64,000 nt of DNA from Octopus vulgaris (taxonomy: Eukaryota): NCBI GenBank assembly GCA_951406725.2, contig OX597836.1:30132001-30196000 (forward strand), read 5' to 3'. Made by a program: the position numbers and the translations under genes. Below the pieces are notes generated by a model, which had not been told where the DNA came from, made no database searches, and saw only the letters and a list, made by a program, of their open reading frames with translations. This document shows positions 1 to 12,858 of the stretch, piece after piece (position 1 is the first letter of the stretch; every line of letters starts with the position of its first letter).

Positions 1-210
1 GCCGTCACAAGTGAGCTGCAAGATGCAGGAGGAAAGAGTGAGAGAAAGTTGTGGCGAAAGAGTCAGCAGAAGTTCGCCATTACCTTCTGCCGGAGCTGCG
101 TGGAGCTTAGGTGTTTCGCTCACAAACACACACATCACCCGGTCTGAGATTCAAACCTGCGATCCCTCGACCGCGAGTCTGCTGCTCTAACCACTAGGCC
201 ATGTGCCTCT
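1..210 (-). mobile_element. tRNA-derived SINE, family B (tRNA-Arg-like head), 5' part; runs off the window edge
   Basis: Minus strand reads GAGGCACATGGCCTAGTGGTTAGAGCAGCAGACTCGCGGTCGAGGGATCGCAGGTTTGAATCTC (A and B boxes, TCG anticodon); homologous to 6537-6842 and 37989-38288. Confidence 0.8.
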
Positions 211-451
211 ACAGTGTGTGCAAGTGTGCATGTGCGAACGAATACTCTTTAATTGATTTCAGTTATTAAATTATGGACATGTTGAGTCACTCTCTTCAAA
301 GATTATAACTGAAAACGGTGAGCCTAATGCTTATTCTATTCAACACTATTTACTGGATGGCTAAGTTTTACCTTTCTGTTTGTCTATTATTAATTGTTTT
401 TGGTAGGGTAAGTGGGAGTAGAAGGAGTATAACCTAGCACTCCCATTTGTA

Positions 452-1085
452 AGAGAGTGCTGAAAGGTTCCTGGCTTTAGATAATAGAAAATACAGGAGA
501 ATTAGTTACCTATGGTGCAGGAGTGGCTGTGTGGTAAGTAGCTTGTTTACCAACCATATGGTTCCGGGTTCAGTCCCACTGCGTGGCACCTTGGGCAAGT
601 GTCTTCTACTATAGCCTCGGGCCGACCAAAGCCTTGTGAGTGGATTTGGTAGACGGAAACTGAAAGAAGCCCGTCGTATATATGTATATATATATATATA
701 TGTGTGTGTGTCTGTGTTTGTCCCCCTAGCATTGCTTAACAACCGATGCTGGTGTGTTTATGTCCCCGTTACTTAGCGGTTTGGCAAAAGACACCGATAG
801 AATAAGTACTGGGTTTACAAAAGAATAAGTCCCAGGGTCGAGTTGCTCGATTAAAGGCGGTGCTCCAGCATGGCCGCAGTCAAATGACTGAAACAAGTAA
901 AAGAGTAAAAGAGAGAGAGAGAGAGAGTATGATTTTATTCAACATATTCCTCTCTCAGATTCACACACTTATTGCAATGGCCCTTCAGTTTTTCTAAACC
1001 CTGTAAAAAAAACTCAGATGGTTAGGCCTCCAACCAAGCCTTTCGTGATACTCTTTTAAGCCAGGAACTTTTCAGCACCTCCTTG
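452..1085 (-). mobile_element. Mariner-derived MITE interrupted by a SINE
   Basis: TIRs GTGCTGAAAGGTTCCTGGCTTTA ... TAAGCCAGGAACTTTTCAGCAC, TA flanks; uninterrupted relatives at 36172-36390 and 57031-57228. Confidence 0.8.
514..927 (+). mobile_element. tRNA-derived CORE-type SINE, family A, full length and young
   Basis: Head TGGCTGTGTGG...GGTTCAGTCCC; CORE-like GGCACCTTGGGCAAGT; internal (TA)n(TG)n; tail CCAGCATGGCCGCAGTCAAATGACTGAAACAAGTAAAAGAG; more than 20 copies or fragments in the window. Confidence 0.9.
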
Positions 1086-3043
1086 TACATACACACATAC
1101 ATGCATCTGTATGTGTGTATGTATTTGTGTACAACTGTGCTTTAGCGCAGTTTCTATCTAAGCATATTCCTCTTACAAGGATTAGACTAATGAATTTGAC
1201 AAAAGACATTTTGCTCAAAGTGTTGCTGTGCATTGGGATTATATCTGGAACCATATGATTGCTAAGAAAACCTCTTGACAATAAAGCCATGTTGTTAAGA
1301 TATTTAAATACTTGTTTGTTACAAAATTATTCCAGCTGATTTACATATTTTTATATAATGAATAGGAATTCTAGTCTATTGAGAAAAGAGAGAATTTTTA
1401 TGAATGGATTTTCATTTTCCACTATTTTACAAACCACTTCTTTCTTCAAACTTGAATGTGTGGGAATTTTTTAATCACTCAGTTATTATCATTTAAATTG
1501 TGTTTTTGGGTGTGGATGGAAATTCACATGGAACACAGCTGGAGCTAATTAGTTTCACAGCTTAAAGTTTTTCCTATATCTCGCCACTCTAAATGAGGCT
1601 TCTAGAGTCACTCGATCAATTGGTCATAAGCATGAAGATGTAACTGAAATGTTTGCTTTGTAATACTATGGTTTCAGGTTCAATCCTTTTGCAAGGCACT
1701 TTGAACATGAATCTTATACTATGGCTTTGGGTTGATCAAGGCCTTGCACATAAAACTGCATAGATAGAAGTTCATTAAACTGAAACTGTTTTTGTACAGG
1801 AGACCTATTCTAGCTTTTGACCCTTCATTGCCTTTATCAGAGTCCTTTTTGTTGCAAGCATCTGGACCAAGCCTCCAGTAGAAGGTAACTCATGAAGCTG
1901 ATGTGCTGCTTCCTTCTGCAGCCACCCAAGAATTCTTCTTTCTACTCTTTCACTTTGCCTTCTCTACCATCTCCAGATTCTGAGACCCTGCTAAGGTCAT
2001 AGGCAAAATAAAAAAGCATAAAATAAAGATGAAAAGTATAAAGAAAAATATACTACCATCTTAAAGTAATAAAAGACATTGAAATATATAGTTGTGCATA
2101 TACAAAAAGACAAATGACTAAGTAGTTCTGGCTAGAGCATCTTCGACCATAAGTCTACTTGATGAAGGACTATCTGGGGTAAAATACCAACAATAATGGA
2201 AAGTAAACAGGTTTTATAATAAATGATACACATTCATCCAGCTTCTATTCCCACTAATTTTGGGAGGGTCATTGGGATAGACTCCTCAGGTACCTTCTCT
2301 TGGCCAAGGTGCCATGCAGTAGGACTGAACTTGGAAACATGTGGTTGGGAAGAGAACTTCTTAAGACACAACCTCATCTACATTTTCTTCAATCATAGCA
2401 AATCTAGAACTACACTATCATCTGATGTGTCTTTGCATTTCTTATCAAGATTGTAAAGCATGAAATTTTGCAGCTATTTCTAGCAGGTTGAGTTATTCCT
2501 ATGGACATTTTAGTGTCAGCCCATGATTGTTTTCTTTCTTTCTTTTTTTGTTTGTTTGTTGTTAATGAAATAGATACTGCTGAAATTTGGGATATTTGAC
2601 TGATATTTCTTGCAGGTTATATAACCAATAATAATTTCAACGTTGGAACTTGATTTTTTTTCCTTATTAGATTAAATAAATGCATATCATTGGAAGGAAA
2701 TATTAAACATCGTTTTACATTTTGATAATTTTAGTTGCGATAATTAAGGAATTAATTGGCAGTTTCAGATTACATACCAGCCTAGGCTGTGGCTTAGTTT
2801 CCTATTCCCAGTGGTAGCTATTTCAATTCATATATATTACTAAAGTCTTTCGATAAAATATTAATGAAATAAATCTCTTTATTTAAGTTCAGGCACAGCT
2901 ATATAAGAAGTTTGCTTCTCAACTACATAATCCTGGGTTCAGTTCCACAGCACAGCACCTTGGACAGGTGTTTTCTACTATAGCCCTGGGTCAACAAAAG
3001 CCTTTGGATTTGACAGATGGAAACTGAAAGAAGGCTGTCGTAT

Positions 3044-3087
<44 letters not shown>

Positions 3088-3135
3088 CTAAGAAAAAGGA
3101 GGTGGCAAAGGAATGATTATCTTATGAACTTCATT

Positions 3136-3216
3136 AGTTTACTGCTGTTTCCACTATAAGAAGCAATGGGCTTATAGTTGAATGCCTGAGTCATGCCTTA
3201 TAGCTTCATCAGAGCC
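3136..3216 (-). ncRNA. Minimal type I hammerhead-like motif (Penelope-type) with long stem II
   Basis: Minus strand GGCT-CTGATGA-AGCTATAAG...CTTATAGTG-GAAAC-AGCA-GTA-AACT; related decayed copy at 35021-35093. Confidence 0.5.
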
Positions 3217-3691
3217 TCAAACATGAAGTGCAGTTTATTTGGGAAAACAATTATGTATGCTTACGTTCCTGTCACTTAGGAGTTTGGCAAAAGAGCCCAA
3301 TAGAATAAGTATAGGCATAAAAAAAAATGCTGTTAAAATTCATGAGCAATAAAATTAGTTATATTTCTATAATGCACAAAATATTTCAACAATTTTTTAA
3401 ATACAATTCCTAATAATATTCAGTTATAAAAATATAACAGGATTTTATTTAAACATCAAAAGGCTATGAGGGTCCAGAAGAATAAAATAGCAATCAGTTG
3501 AGGCCTTAGGCAAAAATGGTTAAGAGCCACTGATTAAATCCTTCGAGGCAGTGCTCCAGCATGGCTGCAGTTCAATGACTGAAACAAGAAAGAGAACAGA
3601 TGAAAGATTTCAAAAACTGTAGCCACATGAATCTAGGTTCAATCTCATTGCACAGCATCCAGAGCAAATGTCTTTTATCAAAGGTATGAGT

Positions 3692-3922
3692 AGGCGGTGG
3701 GCTGGCGGAAACGTTAGCACGCCGGGCGAAATGCGTAGCCGTATTTCGTCTATCGCTACGTTCTGAGTTCAAATTCCGCCGAGGTCGACTTTGCCTTTCA
3801 TCCTTTTGGAGTCGATTAAATAAGTACCAGTTACGCACTGGGGTCGATATAATCGACTTAATCCGTTTGTCTGTCCTTGTTTGTCCTCTCTGTGTTTAGC
3901 CCCTTGTGGGTAGTAAAGAAAT
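3692..3922 (+). mobile_element. Meta-domain tRNA-derived SINE with target-site duplication
   Basis: GACTTTGCCTTTCATCCTTTTGGAGTCGATTAAATAAGTACCAG resembles the MetaSINE central domain; AGGTATGAGTAGGC is duplicated at 3682-3695 and 3923-3936; inserted into an older family A SINE. Confidence 0.85.
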
Positions 3923-5918
3923 AGGTATGAGTAGGCCAGCGCTTTGTGAATGAAAGCTGGCAGATAGAAACTGCAGAATCCCATTACATGCACTGGCTGC
4001 TGAAGTGTAAGCGATTCTCATGTGACAGGTAAAGAGACAATGTTGTTAGCTTATCCAGTGAAAGATAGTTATAAGTGTTTTCCCAACAGCTAAGACTGTT
4101 CAGTTGGTGTAATAAGAAACGCAACTGCTTGGCAATTGACAAATGTTTAGCTTGAGTACTGAAGTGGGATCTGATCTTTATTTTAGGCTCTGTGTGTATG
4201 TGTGTGCATGCACGTGCATGGGGTTTCCATGTGTGTTTTTTTATCAATATATATCGGTGAAGGATGTAATAAATATCTGCAAAACAAAGGGATGGTTGAA
4301 ACGTTTTTCAAAATGAGGTTCCTTGTAATATTTGTTCTGCACTGAGGTACAGATCTCCCCCCCCCCTCTCTCTCTCTCTCTGTGAAATCTGAACAACTGG
4401 TGACTGGCTGGTTGGAAACTTATAGCCAAATGATACTGTTGTTCAACAATTGTAATATGAAATCAAATAAGACAAAAAACAAACAAAAACAAATAAAATA
4501 AATAATATATATATATATAAGTAAGTAAATAAATAAATAAATAAATAAGTAAAAAAAATAAACTCTTTAGCATTATGCTTGCAGCAGTATAGACACTCCA
4601 ATGTTTCCTTCCACATAGAGAGAGACACTGTTGGAGACAGGTATACTGAAGAAATATAAAAAGATAAATGGAAACAAACCAAGTGTCTCATAAAATTTAG
4701 TTATTGTTGGCACAAAGCAGACATTGGAGTAGATTGTTAAGACATGCAATACAATGTAAAGACACAGTAATGGTTGAAGTTCCATCCAACCAGTGGGTTG
4801 GTTACACATCAAGTGTGAGTGACACAATCAATGCAGCATATATAATAACAGAGGTGAACAGTTCCAACACACACACACATCTATATTATATAAGGAAAGA
4901 GAAGATTGGTACTGACTCGATACTCTTCTATATCAACTGTTACATATGTTTCGGTATCTGGCAACGCATGACATCACATCATTGATGCAACTGGTAGATG
5001 CACCCTGCAAGGCCAGCATGGAGAGCAAACAAATTGCAAGGCTGTCATATAGGAACTGTATTATGTTATAGTATACCCTCCAATATGGATGACCTGCGTG
5101 TCCTAGTGATGGTGGGTATTTAATGCAATTAACATTGGAGCTGAAACTTGTGTGTCAAGCACATCTGATCACGTGCACGTGTGTGCGTGTGTGTGTGTGT
5201 GTGTGATGGACTCTCCTCTTGAAGATGATGTGTGAACATCCAGCTTTTGCTGAATGACCTGTACAAATGATTTGTTAATAATGATCAAATGTTCATACTG
5301 CACTTTAGCTCACTCCTTCCATCAAATCAATGTTGTCTGAACAGGTGCACAGTATACATGCGTCAGGTGTTGAAATGATCACAGAGCAACATGAGATGAA
5401 GTGGTTTGCTCAAGAACACAACACACCACCCAGTCTAGGAATTGAAATCACCATTGCTAACCACTAGGCCATGCACCTGCACATGTAGGTACATACATAC
5501 ATATAGTGTGTGTACAGGTGTGGTGTGTAGGTGAGAAGTTTGATACCCAACCACATAGTCATACATTCAGGCCCCCCTATGTGGCACATTGAGCAAATAT
5601 CTTCTACTGTAGCCTTGGACTGACCAAAGCCTTGTGAATGGGTTTTGTAGATGGAAACTAAAAGAAGCCCATTGGGTGTGAGTGTTTGTCTCTCTTTGTC
5701 TTGATTTTGCATGGAAGTTGTAATTGATTGTCATACACGTAGTAGGATTACACAGAATAAGTCCTGGAATCAATTTGCTTGACTAAGGGCGGTGCTCCAG
5801 CATGGCTGCAGTCAAATGACTGAAACAAGTGAAAGAATAAACGAATATACACACACATGTATGTATGTATGTATGTATGTATGTATGTATGTATGTATGT
5901 ATGTATGTATGTATAATA

Positions 5919-5969
<51 letters not shown>

Positions 5970-5973
<4 letters not shown>

Positions 5974-6384
5974 AGAATTATATAACAAAAAGAAGGAAAT
6001 AGTAGGCTTTAATAGCAAATTACAACATTTGTTTCTGCACCGGACAGCTGCTTCGTGTTGCTGATTTTACATCCATATATGATTATATAAAATTATTCTT
6101 TAGAATAACTATGAAAATAGATACATATGAACCAGCAAGAACTGTAGAAAAAATGATATAGTATATACAAGTGGCTCAAGCAAAATCCAACAGTGCTAAT
6201 TGCATTCTACCAGAGGATGCATAAACACACACTTGTTGCTGGATTTATTGATATAGCTATTATAAAAAAACATAATCTTACATAATGATATATGAATATT
6301 AAGTGAGCAACATAAAGCTGGTGTCCGGTGCAGAAACAAATGCAATTTGCTATTAAAACATCTTCATATTGTATAATTCTTATA
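5970..6384. mobile_element. Foldback / long-TIR element
   Basis: TATAAGAATTAT...TTTAATAGCAAATT...CATTTGTTTCTGCACCGGACA mirrored by TGTCCGGTGCAGAAACAAATG...AATTTGCTATTAAAA...ATAATTCTTATA. Confidence 0.75.
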
Positions 6385-6536
6385 TTAATCCTATATAATG
6401 GTGGAATTCCTCATGTTTATCCAGCCTTGGAAAATATCCTGCTACAGAAAGGCATATGGTAGCCAATGTTTGTATAGGAGCTTTCGAATACATGTCATGA
6501 GGTTATTACCCAGACTATATATATATATATATATAT

Positions 6537-6841
6537 CACATGATCACATGACCGACCAGACCATCAGATGTTGTTACACATCGCTGGTCACAATGCATTC
6601 GCATTGTTTTCGCCTTCGAATGACACCACCCTGCTGGGTAAGCGAGCAGGCCAACAGAAGGAAGAGTGGTGAAAGAGTACAGCAGGGATCACCACCCCCT
6701 TGTCGGAGCCTCATGGAGCTTTTAGGTGTTTTTGCTCAATAAACACTCACAACGCCCAGTCTGGGAATCGAAACCGCGATCCTATGACCGCGATCCTATG
6801 ACCGCGAGTCCGCTGCCCTAACCACTGGGCCATTGCGCCTC

Positions 6842-6842
<1 letters not shown>
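6537..6842 (-). mobile_element. tRNA-derived SINE, family B, full length
   Basis: Head GGAGGCGCAATGGCCCAGTGGTTAGGGCAGCGGACTCGCGG; tail GCATTGTGACCAGCGATGTGTAACAACATCTGATGGTCTGGTCGGTCA; 14-bp internal duplication ACCGCGATCCTATG. Confidence 0.85.
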
Positions 6843-6883
<41 letters not shown>

Positions 6884-7092
6884 AACACACATGTACATAC
6901 ATACACACATGATGGCCTTCTTTCAGTGTCCATCTAGCAAATCCACTCACAAGGCTCTGGTTGGCCAAAGATGCCACGTAGTGGGACTGAACTAGAGACC
7001 ACATGGCTAGGAAGCAAGCTTGTTAATCACACAGCCACACCTGCATATATATAATACACACACAAACACACTGGTATCAGAATGAGAGAAAA

Positions 7093-7127
<35 letters not shown>

Positions 7128-7399
7128 CATGTATTCGTACACATCGAAAATAGCTTTTCTTTTAGAAGTACTGTATTGAAACCATGTCTGTTCTAGTTTT
7201 TATCTTTTATATTAATATTTCTATCAGATATATTCTGAGTACCTGGCAGTGTGTAGGGAACACTAGAGTTCCCTCTTCTGGATGAAATAATACCGGTGTA
7301 TGTAACTGTATAGTAACTGATGTAGATGTTACTGTTGGAATTTTAATCTTGACCATTACATTTATACATCATTATTAGCCAGGTGTTTATTTTTGTTTG

Positions 7400-8070
7400 T
7401 GACTAGTGTATGTTTTCTATGTTTTATTATAGAACTCTGCTGTGAAATACGTATTGCTTTCATCATTAATCGTCTATTTTGGTGGGGAATTCTGTAGCGT
7501 ATACAAGTGTTGTCTACTCATGTGTTCCTAGCTTGTTTTGTGTTCAGTGGTATAGTGCATTGCAATTCCTGCTTGTTGTGCATGCATGGGGAATCAACAA
7601 GTGAAGGTTGTAATTGTACGACCAATATATCATTGCCGAAGCCATAAAGTATATAACTTTCATGTTTTCAATTGAATTTATTAATCACATTGGTCATTAT
7701 AGCTTGATCATGGGTTTACATAGATGCAGTTTGTAATTAATAAGAAAGTTTTTAATTTTTATGTATTTCGTAGTATATGAATGTGGTTTGATGTAATGTG
7801 TTTTGTGAGGTTTTTGATAATGTGTTTATCTGTTCTATAATTAGTATGTATTTGATTCGTATAATTCAATTTATGTGTGGTTTGTGTATTTTTAAGAGGT
7901 TTGATGTCTGATGCATTTATTGCATTGTATTTGTGTTTGTTATTGTTCTAAAGCTAAGTCTATTAGTTTGTTAGAATAACCATTGATGATTAGTACTTGC
8001 GTTTATTCTGTGGATTTCTTTATTCAGTTTGTGGAGTGTGTATTAAAACGGTCTTCTAAGTGGAGATTTT
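7400..8070 (-). pseudogene. Decayed Penelope-like element fragment (RT thumb/linker to GIY-YIG endonuclease)
   Basis: Minus-strand peptides with frameshifts: KEIHRI/QVLIINGYSNKLID, YIGRT, NRRLMMKAIRI, in the order expected for a Penelope ORF C-terminus. Confidence 0.65.
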
Positions 8071-8276
8071 ACAACTGAAATTATTTTGTATCTCTATGGC
8101 AAGCTGTCAGAGAAGGAAAATTTCATGTGGCAGATGTAGAAGAGCAATTAGCAGCAAGTGTACCCAAGGTGAAAAAGAATTATGTCAAATATTTGTAGAG
8201 TTCCCCAAAAGTAGCTGATATCTTCTACGAAAGTAAGCATGCCCCAAAAAACACAATCATCAGTGTACGGAAATGT

Positions 8277-8472
8277 TTAACCCTTTAACGTTTACACTGG
8301 TCATATCCAGCTCAGATATTCTACTTGTTAGATGTTAACACCGGTCAGATCAGGCCTCTCACACCTATTCATCGAAATCACAAAGCTCACAAGATAAAGT
8401 GTGATTAATTGAAAACAATGTGAATAAATAAGAATTATTTATGACAGAGTAATCTGAATGCTAATAGGTTAA
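8277..8472. mobile_element. piggyBac-like MITE
   Basis: TTAA-CCCTTTA ... GCTAATAGG-TTAA; same family in opposite orientation at 61306-61535 and about 24560-24731. Confidence 0.7.
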
Positions 8473-8489
8473 GGAACTATTTCTCAACA

Positions 8490-8650
8490 TGAAATAAAAA
8501 GATTCTCTCTCTCCTAGTGAAAGGAATATTGTATGATGCTTGTGTACGAAGTGCAATGCTGCATGCTAGTGAAACAGGAACAGTGAATGTTGATGATATG
8601 TGAAGGCTAGAAATAAATGAGGAAGCATACTCCACAAGATATGTATTATC
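8490..8650 (+). pseudogene. RTE-clade LINE fragment
   Basis: Translates as LSLLVKGILYDACVRSAMLHASET, a typical RTE post-RT motif. Confidence 0.65.
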
Positions 8651-8761
8651 ACTGTACAGAAGTTGGATCATGAACATAAGGTCCTGAGTTTGATTACTGG
8701 TGTTGTATTGTTTCTTTGAGCAAGACACTTTATTTCATGTTGCTCCAGTCCACTTAGCTAG

Positions 8762-9429
<668 letters not shown>

Positions 9430-9986
9430 GCATAGGAGATTTGGTTGTTATTTATAACACATTAAGCAACAACATAAAGCTCCCTCAGTCATTTATTACT
9501 GAGAATTTAAAGAGGAATTGAAAATAGCCATGTATATGTAACTGCCTGAGTGCATGTGCACTAGGAGAGTGGAGCATGTGAGTATGATAATAAACAATTA
9601 TTTATTGAAAAGAAGAATTAAGAAGAAAGGAGTGAGCTAAGTTTATAAAGTTCTGAGAGAGAAAGAGACTGGAGAAGTACGCAAAAATTACTGGAGAGTT
9701 ATATGAGCGAAAAGTTGCTTTGAGGATAAAAAGAACAGCCATTTTGATCACCAGACTAACACATACACACACACACACACACACTTAAATAGAAACGAAC
9801 ATGTTTTCACAAATGTCTTTCATTATTAACTTCCAGTGTGATTGATTGTTAAAATGATTTTGTGTGTGTGTGTGTGTGCATTTATTGGCAATAGGAAGGG
9901 CATCTAGTCACAGAAAGTCTGCCTCAACAAATTCCATCTGACTCATACAAACATGGAAAAGTGGATGCTAAATGTTGATGATGATA

Positions 9987-10060
<74 letters not shown>

Positions 10061-10074
10061 CAATATTTTATAAT

Positions 10075-10600
10075 TATGAGTATAATTATAATTAGGGTTC
10101 AGCAAAAATTTGCTTCACCACATACCGAACTTTAGAAATAGCAGCCAAAGAACCTTAGCTATTTCTTCTACTATAAGAAGAAACTCACAGACAACAAATA
10201 CTCAAAACAACCCATGTAGACAGAGAGGAAAAACAACGAAATTCACTTGGTCTCTTTCTTCCTTTTGTTATCTTACCGTTTTTATCAATATATATATGGA
10301 TTTTTCTCATAAGGTATTGGAATCTTAAATATGTACCATTCTGCCTAGATAATGTATCTACAAATTCAATATCCCTACATATCTCACATCTATTTTCTTT
10401 CCTCCACCTCACTCTCTATTTTGCATCCCATCTAAATTAATTATTACTTAACCATCCTCTCACACAGTCTCCGATGAAGGGATATAATTAAAAAATATCC
10501 TGGAAACAGCTGTAAGACCGTCTATCTATAAATGTAAGACCGTCTATCTAATATCTACACAGCCTTGGTTTTTTTTATCTCATTACGCAAAACATTCTTA
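10075..10600 (+). mobile_element. Penelope-like non-autonomous / pseudo-LTR remnant carrying a hammerhead motif
   Basis: Flanked by TA repeats; 5' part homologous to 34360-34445; hammerhead motif at 10467-10518. Confidence 0.5.
10467..10518 (+). ncRNA. Minimal type I hammerhead ribozyme motif, CCGAUGA variant
   Basis: GTCT-CCGATGA-AGGGATAT(AATTAAAAA)ATATCCT-G-GAAAC-AGCT-GTA-AGAC: stem I GTCT/AGAC, stem II, palindromic CAGCTG in place of helix III, GUA cleavage triplet. Confidence 0.6.
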
Positions 10601-10663
10601 TATATATATATATATATGGAAACAGAAAGAAGCTTGTTGGATATATATAAACATATACATATA

Positions 10664-10897
10664 CAGGGTTGGCCAAAAGTCAGTCGATAGTAAATCAAAA
10701 TTCCATAAATACTTAATATTCAATTCTATTTATTCATCTGGAAAAATGGTGTTGCTCAAGAAGGACTTCAGTTTGAACAATTTTCTTAAGGTTTCATATT
10801 TAGATGCTTTTATTGAATTCATTCAGTTGTTAAACATATATAAACCTTGGAATTAAATGGTTTTGATTTACTCTCGGGTGACTTTTGGCCAACCCTG
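10664..10897. mobile_element. Tc1/mariner-type MITE inserted in the TA repeat of a family A SINE
   Basis: 19-bp perfect TIR CAGGGTTGGCCAAAAGTCA / TGACTTTTGGCCAACCCTG with TA on both sides. Confidence 0.9.
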
Positions 10898-11657
10898 TAT
10901 GTGTGTGTGTGTGTGTGTGAGAGAGAGACCCCACCACTGCTTTATAACTGGTGTTGGTTTGTTTATGTCCCCTATAACTTAGTTGTTTGGCAAAAGAGAC
11001 TGACAGAAGCACCAGGTTTTATAAAGGAAAAGTACTGGGACTGATTCATTCAACTAAAAAGTCTTCAAAGCAGTGCTCCAGCATGGGAGCAGCCCAATGA
11101 CTGAAGCATGTAAGATAAAAATATACATCAAGGCAGTGCCCCAGCATGGCCATTGTCCAATGACTGAAACAAGTAAAAGATAAAAGATACATACATAAAA
11201 GATTATATATGATGGTATATCAAATAACATAAAAGATAAATTCTCTAATTATTGAAATAGTCTTTACTTCCAGAGAGAGTAGATCAGTTGCTTGGTGACA
11301 AGCAGTACCAAGTCCAAATGAAAAGAAGAGATAACCTCAAGAATCAAGAATTTTTCCAAAACTGACATGCAATTATTGAAAGAGCCGATTGTGTAGAAAT
11401 AAATGTAAATGTATTTAAGTCACAATATACAGATTCAAGTAATCCGGTTGTACTCTTAAAAATAGCTCCTTAATGTATCATTGTACAGACCATATAGAAA
11501 ATGTAGTAATATACAAGAGAAAAGGATAAGGAGTGTATAAAGTCTTAAATGGCAAAGAAATATTTTGTTGAACTTAGGAATTTTCTTATTGTTAAATAAA
11601 AGTTCATCAAAATATTTGTCATTTATGACTTTATATAAACACACATATATACATATA

Positions 11658-12177
11658 CCATAAATTCTCGAGTATAGTCCACTAGTCCACCCTTGAGTAT
11701 AATACGCAGGGGATTTTTAGGGGGCTGTACCTCTGAAAAACCTAAACCTTGAGTATAATATGCACCCCTTCTCTAACTTGAGTCAAGGAGGTCTATATAA
11801 CGTCCTTGGTTTGTAAAACTGTATACAGTAACGTCCTTTATTATTATTGTATATGTAACATAATGCAAACGTGTAGCTTTTTTGTGCATTTTGTTTGCAG
11901 AAAATAAAGAAATAACAGTAATAACGTTTAATAAATGTTGCTTACAGCAAGTTATGGATGATTCTTTTATGACTTCATTGTTTTCAGGTCTAGCTTAAGG
12001 TATTTTTGCACTCAACATCACAAAATGCATCTGAATAAACATTGCTGGACAATAAATAGAGACTTGAACATTGCTTAGAAAATAACTTTCATTTTTAACC
12101 TCATGTATAATACGCACTAGGGATTTTGACCTTTAAATTTTGGGGAAAAAATGCGGATTATACTTGAGGATTTACGG
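11658..12177. mobile_element. Tc2/pogo-like MITE
   Basis: TA-CCATAAATTCTCGAGTATA ... TATACTTGAGGATTTACGG-TA; subterminal repeats of GAGTATAATACGCA. Confidence 0.8.
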
Positions 12178-12617
12178 TACACACACACATATATACATAC
12201 ATAAATACATACACGTATATACACATACATGTGAGTATACACACACACATTCACATGTTTGTGTATGTGTGTGCATGTGTCTATCTAACTATGCTACTAT
12301 GTGTGTGTGTGTGCATGTGTGTGTGTGTGTGTCTCCACACGTGCACATAACTTCCTGATGGCCAGTAAAATGAAATTAAACCAATCACATTGTTAAAAAA
12401 AAAAAATTTTTTTTTTTATACATCTGTTTACTTTACAATTTAAGACTTTACATTTTTATTCACAAGATATCAAGTACATTAGGTTGACAATACCATAACA
12501 GATTACACCGTCTTAAACTGAAAATCAGTTTATTCCATTTTCTTTATCACGTAAGGCTGGTATTTTTGAAAAGATTTAGTACCAACAAAATTACCTGCTG
12601 TGTCATCTAGTAGCTGA

Positions 12618-12632
12618 AGGTCACGATGACCT
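12618..12632. promoter_or_regulatory. Perfect palindromic estrogen/nuclear-receptor response element (IR3)
   Basis: AGGTCA-CGA-TGACCT in non-repetitive sequence; function is not demonstrated. Confidence 0.4.
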
Positions 12633-12858
12633 CCCACTTGTGTTAAGTGTAGCCAATTATGAAAGAGACAAGTCTATATGCATTCCAGTTCTGCTGAATA
12701 AAATGCTTACTGTTAATAATTTTAATATCCAACCATCTTTCTCCACTTCAGGTTCTTTTATACAAAACTCCCCTCTTTCAAATGTTTACATTTAAATTTA
12801 AATCTTCCATCATATGCTTTTAATATAAGAATACAAGCTAAATGTAGAAATGAATGAA

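Noticed and set aside
514-600. tRNA-like sequences at SINE heads (also 6770-6842, 37989-38060)
   Set aside because: They continue into SINE bodies and do not form full cloverleaves; not tRNA genes.
12594-12690. Possible minus-strand exon (CAG acceptor, GTAATT donor)
   Set aside because: Stops in all three frames and a weak pyrimidine tract.
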